This document shows, in pieces, positions 10,044 through 17,937 of a stretch of DNA of 18,754 bases. Numbering within the stretch: position 1 is the first letter of the stretch; every line of letters starts with the position of its first letter. The notes beneath the pieces are model-generated. The model was not told the origin of the DNA, made no database searches, and saw only the letters and a program-made list of their open reading frames with translations. Position numbers and translations under genes: made by a program. This stretch comes from Octopus sinensis (taxonomy: Eukaryota), in assembly GCF_006345805.1 (NCBI RefSeq), contig NW_021824420.1, forward strand, positions 1 through 18,754, given 5' to 3'.

Positions 10044-10818
10044 GTGTTCGTCTTCTTGCTGTTATCCTTGTATAACAAACGCGATATATATAAACATACA
10101 ACAATACAGAACATGCAAAAAAAAACAAAACGAATATTAAAAAAAAACAGTTAGTAAACACTAAAAAAAAACTACAAAACCAAAATATGAATTACAATAC
10201 GAAAAAATGTCTGATATCGACTGAGTCCCTTAAGTGGCATTAAGGCTGGGATCGATCTTTTATCTGTTATATCTCACTCGATTGATACTAAATGGATAGA
10301 TAAGGTGATGGATTAAGGATTAAAGGGTTTCCGGTTTAGTTTGTTGTAAATCTACTTATATAGATTCGACTCTTTAGAAGATCATGGCCGACATTGTAAA
10401 TATGAGTAGTGCGCATGTGTAGATTATGTGTGTGAGCGTGCGTTTTGTGTGTGTGTGTGTGTGTGTGTGTTGGTTACTTAGTGTAATCGTGTGCATTGTA
10501 CGTTGTGTGTCTTGGCTAAGTGTTCTATGTTATATGTGGCGTGTATATGCACTCATATACGTCTGTGTGTCTGTATGAGGGTGTACATACGCTTGTGAGT
10601 ATGTGTGCCGTGTCTCTGAGATGTCACTGTGTTTTTGTCTTTAGAAAACGTGTTGCATGTTGATTTTTGCGTGCACGCGACTATGCATGCCTGTATGTGT
10701 AGATATATACACACATACATATTTATTTATCTATCACACACACACACACACAAACTCACAGAGTGAGAGATTGACATAAAAATACACATATACACATCTG
10801 CTTATATATTTATAAACG

Positions 10819-10849
<31 letters not shown>

Positions 10850-11095
10850 TTATATATATATATATAATAGAAATATTAAAATTACTAAGTCTCTCTAAAA
10901 GAGAACAACGGCAGCGTTCCCGGAAAATATTAGTTATCGCCATACTAATATGGCATTCTTATAAAAATAAGAAAAAAGCTGACCGCTTATTAGCTCCATG
11001 AGGCCATCGCCTTAAGTTAGCTATTTGATACACAAACTGTATCCATATAACCTTTGAACAAGGGAGGTCAGTCGCTCCACACTACTTGGCCGGCA

Positions 11096-11137
11096 GCTAC
11101 AGACGCGTTTCGGGGTATTGCCCCTTTTCAATGCAGC
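11096..11137 (-). ncRNA. Minimal type I hammerhead ribozyme motif (inverted copy)
   Basis: Exact reverse complement of 11202-11243; predicted scissile C corresponds to plus-strand G11102. Confidence 0.7.
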
Positions 11138-11201
11138 GTAGCTAGGTAAATAAAACCTTTGAACAGAGATTGTCGGAAGCGACACCTACTGGTTTGGCTA
11201 C

Positions 11202-11243
11202 GCTGCATTGAAAAGGGGCAATACCCCGAAACGCGTCTGTAGC
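11202..11243 (+). ncRNA. Minimal type I hammerhead ribozyme motif, UUGAAAA core variant
   Basis: GCUGCA (stem I) UUGAAAA (core) GGGG-CAAUA-CCCC (stem II) GAAA CGCGU C then UGUAGC (stem I); predicted GUC cleavage after 11237. Confidence 0.72.
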
Positions 11244-11562
11244 TGCCGGCCAAGTAGTGTGGAGCGACTGACCTCCCTTGTTCAAAGGTTAATGGATACA
11301 GTTTGTGTATCAAATAGCTAACTTAAGGCGATGGCCTCATGGAGCTAATAAGCGGTCAGCTTTTTTCTTATTTTTATAAGAATGCCATATTAGTATGGCG
11401 ATAACTAATATTTTCCGGGAACGCTGCCGTTGTTCTCTTTTAGAGAGACTTAGTAATTTTAATATTTCTATTATTGAAAACAAGGGATGTATTCCACCGA
11501 AGCTAGGTAAATAAAACCTTTGAACAGAGATTGTCGGAAGCGACACCTACTGGTTTGGCTAC

Positions 11563-11604
11563 GCTGCATTGAAAAGGGGCAATACCCCGAAACGCGTCTG
11601 TAGC
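11563..11604 (+). ncRNA. Minimal type I hammerhead ribozyme motif (tandem copy 2)
   Basis: Identical to 11202-11243; predicted cleavage after 11598. Confidence 0.72.
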
Positions 11605-11919
11605 TGCCGGCCAAGTAGTGTGGAGCGACTGACCTCCCTTGTTCAAAGGTTATATGGATACAGTTTGTGTATCAAATAGCTAACTTAAGGCGATGGCCTC
11701 ATGGAGCTAATAAGCGGTCAGCTTTTTCTATTTTTATAAGAATGCCATATTAGTATGGCGATAACTAATATTTTCCGGGAACGCTGCCGTTGTTCTCTTT
11801 TAGAGAGACTTAGTTTTAATATTCTATTATTGAAAACAAGTGGATGTATTCCACCGAAGCTAGGTAAATAAAACCTTTGAACAGAGATTGTCGGAAGCGA
11901 CACCTACTGGTTTGGCTAC

Positions 11920-11963
11920 GCTGCATTGAAAAGGGGCACAATACCCCGAAATGCGTCTGTAGC
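11920..11963 (+). ncRNA. Minimal type I hammerhead ribozyme motif (tandem copy 3, slightly altered)
   Basis: Loop II CACAAUA (2-nt insertion) and stem III ACGCGU changed to AUGCGU; predicted cleavage after 11957. Confidence 0.62.
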
Positions 11964-12130
11964 TGCCGGCCAAGTAGTGTGGAGCGACTGACCTCCCTGT
12001 TCAAAGGTTATATGGATACAGTTTGTGTATCAAATAGCTAACTTAAGGCGATGGCCTCATGGAGCTAATAAGCGGTCAGCTTTTTTCTTATTTTTATAAG
12101 AATGCCATATTAGTATGGCGATAACTAATA

Positions 12131-12133
<3 letters not shown>

Positions 12134-12175
<42 letters not shown>

Positions 12176-12213
12176 ATATATATATATATTATAATATATA
12201 TATGTATATATAT
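12134..12213. repeat. (TA)n microsatellite
   Basis: Direct reading. Confidence 0.95.
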
Positions 12214-12284
12214 ACAAATAAGGAAATAATTTTATTCGCAAAAACAGGATAATGCCAATGATATAGAATGAACAGGATAACTTT

Positions 12285-12360
12285 TGGCGGCTAGCCATGA
12301 GATTCGAACTCACATGCATGTGATTACGCATCAAGTGCTTTACCATTAAGTTAAACTGCC
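12285..12360 (-). pseudogene. tRNA-like element (pseudogene or SINE head), possibly Thr(CGT)-derived, ending GCC-G-CCA
   Basis: Minus strand GGCAGTTTAACTTAATGGTAAAGCACTTGATGCGTAATCACATGCATGTGAGTTCGAATCTCATGGCTAGCCGCCA: intact T arm GTGAG-TTCGAAT-CTCAT, A-box-like D arm, bulged acceptor stem, non-canonical anticodon loop. Confidence 0.65.
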
Positions 12361-12508
12361 CCAATGACGGCTTCTTCTGCAAATTTAGAAAGTAGAAATC
12401 AAGCTTTATAAAACGCTATCTATGTTGAAAGTCAAGAATCAAAGAAATAAGTTGCAGTGAGTTTGTGAAAATGTCTGAATCTATTGATATTCATGTATAA
12501 TGCATATT

Positions 12509-12510
<2 letters not shown>

Positions 12511-12582
<72 letters not shown>
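12511..12582. repeat. (TA)n microsatellite
   Basis: Direct reading. Confidence 0.95.
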
Positions 12583-12825
12583 TTAATTGGATTTTTATAT
12601 TTTATATTTTATTTTTTTAAAATATTTTTTAATTAATTTATTTCTATGTATTGGCTTATGATTTTCACTAATAGTGGTTTTATCTCTAATTTAATATAAT
12701 ATATATTTATACTATAAAATTAGATTTAATCCTAAATCTAATTTTTCCCTGTAAGTTTGGATTTACTCCCTAATATTTTATTATTACATATATCCTATAT
12801 ATACATCTAGAAAATCCTAGAAAAA

Positions 12826-13205
12826 CTTGTACCAAACTTTAGCATTGTCGGTTACACAAGCAACTGGGTAGTCGCCACTGCATAGTACCAAAATTCCTAA
12901 CAGTGTCATCAGGATACAGGACCAAGTATTGCAACAGCCTGGGTTTCAAAGACCTACAGCTCTTCAATATCCTCCCACAAAGCCTGAGAGACCTGCATGG
13001 CGTGGATGTAAGCATTTGAAAAAAGAAAAACAAAGCTAGATCTCCTTCTGTCAGGAGTTCCAGATGAAATTTCTCAAGGCAAGAAGCACAGATGAGGGCA
13101 GCAAGGTCAAACTCCCTCATCCACCAGAGGCGTTTTAGTGAAAGTGTGGCAAAGTAAACGGTGGTGCCCCAGCATGGTCGCATTCCTCGGACTGATACTT
13201 AAAGC
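12826..13205 (+). pseudogene. CR1/L2-group LINE 3' fragment (ORF2 C-terminus plus short 3' UTR)
   Basis: Frameshifted translation LVPNFSIVGY..SRHCIVPK..RTKYCNSLGFKDLQLFNILPQSLRDLHGVDVSI*..KTKLDLLLSGVPDE..QEAQMRAARSNSLIHQRRFSESVAK* (TAA at 13155-13157); LFN.LP..LR....FK.KLD..L is typical of this group. Confidence 0.8.
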
Positions 13206-14075
13206 AAAATATATGTGTGTGAATGTGTTTGTGTGTGTGTGTATTTGTGTGGGGGTGTATTTGTATGTGTGTGAAAGAGAGATATGGGTATATGCACATG
13301 TATGTATGTATGTGTGTGTGTGTTTGTGCGTGCCTGTATACTTATTTCTTTCTAATGATCGATCGATCGATCGATCGATTGATCTATGTCAGTCTGTCTG
13401 TCTATCTGACTGTTAGTATGTATTTGCAACTCAACACCGACTGACCGATTGGTACTCACACATCTCTCTTCTTACTCATTCACATTCTCTGTCACTCTCA
13501 CCTACCACCTCTCTCTCTCTCTCTCTCTCTCTTTCGATCTTTGTCGCTTATACTCTGTTGTTTTTTATCTCTATCTCTATTAATCTGTCTATTTAACTCC
13601 CTCTTACTCTCACTATCCTATCACAGTCTCACCTGCTCTCTTATTTCCCTTACAACCACAGACAAAATTGATGGTCTACGTATACCGGGCTCTCTCCTTC
13701 TCCCTCCCCTCTCTTTCTATCTATCTATCTACCTCCCCCTCTCTCTTTCTTTTTCTCTCTCACTTTCTCTATCTCTATCTCTCTCCCCTGTACTAGATGA
13801 ACTCCTAAATGCAAGATTATACATACCTTAAGTATAATGGCTAAACGCATTTATACGTAAATATAAGAGATATTACAGCCATGTATATATGAATGCATTC
13901 ATGTGTATATATATATATGTTTGTATATACATATATATGTATATAAATACATACATATATGCGTATATGTGTTTATATACATACATATCTACGTGTATAC
14001 GTGAATGTATGCATGTATGTATAAGTGAATTCATGTCAGCATATATATATATGTATGTATCTATCTATCTACCTA

Positions 14076-14300
<225 letters not shown>

Positions 14301-14687
14301 ATTAGATAAGTAGATATGACCTGTACAAATCTACATACCATACGTAGCCGTTCACACACACAATGTATTTATTATATATCAATATATCTATATCTAAATA
14401 CAGTGACATGGGTTTTCCTGAGCTCGGCGATGCTGTCAGAATATCCATAACTCCGATAAAACATTTACGTAATAAGTAGAAGAATAAAAGAGGATGAGGC
14501 TAAGATCAGCCCGTTCTTGTTTTCGTACAACACATCCCACAAATACATATATATGTATGCGAATGTGTGTGAGTGTTTGTGTGTGTGAAGAATTTTTATA
14601 CGTGCATAAACGCATAAACACTTATTTGTGTGTACATGAATGCATCAATACTTACCTAACACACACACATATGTGCAGAGCGAAAAA

Positions 14688-14736
14688 GACAGACAGATAG
14701 ACAGACAAGCAAACAAAGAAACAGATAGATAAATAA

Positions 14737-14797
<61 letters not shown>

Positions 14798-14800
14798 CAG
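14688..14800. repeat. (AGAT/AGAC/AAAT)n tract
   Basis: Direct reading. Confidence 0.9.
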
Positions 14801-14868
14801 ACAGCCATATATATATATATATATAATATATATATACACATCAGCCATATTATATATATATATATATA

Positions 14869-15352
14869 TACACCAACCCTATACATACACACGTCCAGAC
14901 CCCTCATACGCACTTATACTCTCTCATACACACACACACACACTTATACATACTAATACGTACTAATACATACTAATACATACTAATACATACACCAACC
15001 CCATACATACGCACGTCCAGACCAATCCTACGCACTATTAGCTGGTCCTTCAACCCTATTATCAACCCTATTATCAACCCTATTATCTCCCCTTATTTCG
15101 CTCTCGCGTCTCATGTTTGATCTTTGACCTCTGGCCGAAATCAGATCGCCATGTTGATTCGTTAGCTACTGCACGCATTTTTTTTCTCCTTTTCTGGTTT
15201 TTTTTCTCTCTGTGTATCTTTCTGTTGAAGAGCGTAGGCTCGAAACGTTAAAGACTTGTTTTATTTATATTTCCTGAGTGCCATACTAATACAATTGTTC
15301 GTTTGTTTTCCACCTGCCTTCGTCTTTTGTCTATTTCATAAAGCTTCCCGTT
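14869..15352 (+). mobile_element. Putative Penelope-like terminal-repeat remnant between (TA)n tracts, containing a degenerate hammerhead-like motif
   Basis: Hammerhead-like fold at 15217-15254; (TA)n on both sides; 23-bp direct repeat flanks it (14828-14850 and 15377-15399); no ORF evidence. Confidence 0.45.
15217..15254 (+). ncRNA. Degenerate minimal type I hammerhead-like motif
   Basis: UCUUU / CUGUUGA-A / GAGC-GUAG-GCUC / GAAA CGU U / AAAGA; core has A6 changed to U, so this copy may be inactive. Confidence 0.45.
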
Positions 15353-15403
15353 ATATATATATAGATACATACACATATATATATACACATCAGCCATATA
15401 TAT

Positions 15404-15443
<40 letters not shown>

Positions 15444-15492
15444 AAATAAAGTCAAGATAGAAAATGCTAAAATAATTTTATAAAAAAACATT

Positions 15493-15527
15493 CAGTACCG
15501 GTTCCAGTCATGAGACTTTTTCAACTG
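15493..15527 (-). ncRNA. Degenerate minimal type I hammerhead-like motif with UUGAAAA core
   Basis: Minus strand CAG / UUGAAAA / AGUC-UCAU-GACU / GGAA CCGGU A / CUG; palindromic ACCGGU stem III; GAAA altered to GGAA. Confidence 0.45.
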
Positions 15528-15904
15528 TAACAATTAAATAATTAATTTTTAGAAAAATTAAACAAAAGTTTTAAAATAATATTTGCATAGTGTTCAAATA
15601 CAAGTGGCATTTTCCTTGTTTCTGTCTCTGTCTCTCTTGTTACTCTTGTGGATCGATCATACATATAATATATATATATATATTATATATATATATTATA
15701 TATATATATATTATATATATATATTATATATATATATAAAACTAAATATTGAAGAGAATCGAACGGCTTTTGTGTGTTTTTAAATGGTTTACAAATACCT
15801 TTCACGCTGGAATTGTTTTCGTTCCAGCACACGATCTCAGATCAAATATTTGCTATGCGAGTACATCTCCTATATTATATATATATATTATATGTATATA
15901 TATT

Positions 15905-15948
<44 letters not shown>

Positions 15949-16186
15949 TATATGAGAGGTTTTGGTATCCAGAAGACCCGAAAGAAAGGTAAGGCGATGT
16001 AAATGCTACGGAAGAACCGTTGTTAGACACCCGGTTCGATAATAGTATGAGTGAGGATTCTAATGCAGGTCGTGTTTGAGGATGTATATGTTAAATATAA
16101 GGAGACAACAAAGACAAGTTAGTGTGAAATTTCTAGGACATTTATAAAATTTTGATCATATAGGATAGTCGATCACATCGAGGATA

Positions 16187-16263
16187 TTTGATCACGTCAA
16201 CCCCTGTGCGTAACTGGTACTTATTTTATGACCCCAAAAGGATGAAAGGTGAAGTCAATCTCG
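16187..16263 (-). mobile_element. SINE family B central-domain fragment
   Basis: Reverse complement GATTGACTTCACCTTTCATCCTTTTGGGGTCATAAAATAAGTACCAGTTACGCACAGGGGTTGACG aligns to about 9817-9885. Confidence 0.75.
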
Positions 16264-16348
16264 TAACGTTTCTGCCAGTTCATCAACTTATCAACAACAA
16301 CAACAATATTAACAACAGCAATAACAACAATAACAGTCATAAAAAATA

Positions 16349-16574
16349 ATGGTATGCGATAAGGAAGAAGGAAAAGTCGATAGATATGACAGGTTAGTTG
16401 GGGAGGTTAAGCAGTTGGGGTTGCTGAAAAAAGTGGCAGTAGTACACAGCACTGCTTGGAACCGCCCGAATACTCCGGAAGGAGCTCGAAAAATAAGAGG
16501 TGTTACCTTAAGTTCACTGGTAGTGAACAGCTGACACTCTAGTACATCTCCAGAGTTACAAGCTGTGTAAAGGC
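16349..16574 (+). pseudogene. R4/Dong-like non-LTR retrotransposon 3' fragment with internal deletion, followed by (AAT)n tail
   Basis: VCDKEEGKVDRYDRLVGEVKQLGLLKKVAVV, then in another frame TALLGTARILRKELEK* (TAA at 16494-16496); the expected PI.IGALG segment is missing. Confidence 0.78.
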
Positions 16575-16674
16575 AATAATAATAATAATAATAATAATGA
16601 TAATAATAATGATAATGATATTGATAATATTAATAATAATAATAATGATAATAATGATAATAATAATAATAATG

Positions 16675-16750
<76 letters not shown>

Positions 16751-16760
16751 CAACAATAAT
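16575..16760. repeat. (AAT)n tract with GAT/AAC variants
   Basis: Direct reading. Confidence 0.95.
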
Positions 16761-17209
16761 GGAATGGTAGGACAAGGGACTGATTGCTACCTGTCTCAGA
16801 TACTTGGACATCCAAATATGGAAGAAATTCAAAAAAATAGTAATCATAGGAACTGCTCATATTCCACGAAAAATATTGTTAATGTAATCCCCAACACATT
16901 TTAATCTGTAAACATTGTCAAAGCTACTTTTAAATGTATACAATAGCAAGCGCATGTCACTGTCATCTTAGCATCACACTATCATCTTGTCATCAAGTTA
17001 CTTTTAAAAGAGATTTCTAATTTTCTTCTTATATTTTCACAAACATTTTCTGGGACAATACTCTGTGCAAAACCAAAAATATGGCATCCTAGTAATAACA
17101 CCAGCTTGAACTTCTAACTTCATGTCTCTTGAGAGGTCTCTGGCTGAGACTTGGAGTCAACTTGTACAAATACATATTAAAAGCAACCTATTATAATGAT
17201 AATAATAAT
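16761..17209 (+). pseudogene. Second R4/Dong-like 3' fragment (different subfamily) with ~300-bp 3' UTR and short (AAT)n tail
   Basis: GMVGQGTDCYLSQILGHPNMEEIQK/IVIIGTAHIPRKILLM* (TAA at 16885-16887), matching the IQK...LGTA.ILRK.L terminal motif. Confidence 0.72.
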
Positions 17210-17794
17210 CCTCTGATGCAGTACCTATGTCACGATGCAGTACCATGCCCTGATGCAGTACAAGGCAGTGGCTTTCATGGCTTCTGATCTTAACTGCTTG
17301 GAAGTGACATAATGTACATGTTTTGTTTTAATGTAACAGATGGCCTACGGCAAATATTCTGCTCAATACCACAAATTTCTTTGTCAGTTGCTGGACAATA
17401 ACCAGTTGAGCATGTCCCTTAGTGGCCTACAATATGTGCTTCATTGATCATGAGCAAAGGTAGTGGGGGAGCATCGTTAAAAAGGATTCTTTGGAGTTTA
17501 AATAAATCACCTCAGGTAAGATGGGTATTTCGTTCATAATCCTTAAGCAACCCTTATTCAGGGACCTTTTGAGTGAGATGGGCTACTCGACCAGAAGAAA
17601 ATTCTAAGTGGCCCCCACTTGCAAAGTGCTGTTTCTCTTGATATGAGATCACCATTTTATGCACATATGATTGTGGTGCATGTGCCGAGAGTACCCTTAT
17701 CAGACGGGTAGTCAGGATGGGTATATTGCGCTTCGTATATTTGTTCCCTAGTGTCACTTTGATGGCATGTATTGCACTCAATAATAATAATAAT
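17210..17794 (+). mobile_element. Probable 3' UTR fragment of a third (AAT)n-tailed retroelement
   Basis: Complex sequence starting right after one (AAT)n tail and ending CACTC(AAT)n at 17775-17794; GATGCAGTAC repeated three times at its 5' end; no ORF; identity inferred. Confidence 0.5.
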
Positions 17795-17827
17795 TACAGA
17801 GTAAACTACTGAATTATTTACTCACCT

Positions 17828-17842
17828 AATTTATACTGAATA

Positions 17843-17907
<65 letters not shown>

Positions 17908-17937
17908 TGGATGGATGGATGGATGGATGGATGGATG
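17828..17937. repeat. (TA)n-(TATG)n-(GATG)n compound microsatellite
   Basis: Direct reading. Confidence 0.95.

Larger units (their letters stand above)
10864..12132 (+). mobile_element. Penelope pseudo-LTR-like or retrozyme-like array: one inverted partial copy plus about 2.75 tandem copies of a ~360-bp hammerhead-containing unit
   Basis: Unit starts AGCTAGGTAAATAAAACC at 11140, 11501 and 11858; 10864-11142 is the reverse complement of 11197-11474; flanked by (TA)n on both sides; each copy holds a hammerhead fold. Confidence 0.8.

Noticed and set aside
10940-10951. GCCATACTAATA shared with 15281-15292, suggesting the two hammerhead elements are related
   Set aside because: Only 12 AT-rich bases and in opposite orientation relative to the respective ribozyme strands; insufficient to claim homology
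11128-12004. Repeated 61-69 aa ORFs on the minus strand of the ~360-bp array
   Set aside because: Short, frameshifted between near-identical copies and with no recognisable motif; the conserved signal is RNA structure, not coding
11140-12132. CRISPR array or ordinary satellite interpretation of the tandem repeat
   Set aside because: No unique spacers, unit far too long and eukaryotic context; the low copy number plus inverted arm and ribozyme fold fit a retroelement better than a satellite
12285-12360. Functional tRNA gene
   Set aside because: Bulged acceptor stem, mismatched D stem and no U33 in the anticodon loop; kept only as a pseudogene or SINE head. The SINE heads at 1380, 5271 and 9729 were likewise not called as tRNAs
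13357-13384. (GATC)5 self-complementary repeat
   Set aside because: Short, and simply a variant within a TCTA/TCTG microsatellite region
15051-15086. Telomere-like AACCCT in a 12-bp repeat
   Set aside because: The unit is CAACCCTATTAT, not (CCCTAA)n; no true telomeric array
15749-15766. TTGAAGAG-AAT-CGAA hammerhead-like string
   Set aside because: Lacks A15.1, a stem III palindrome and stem I pairing
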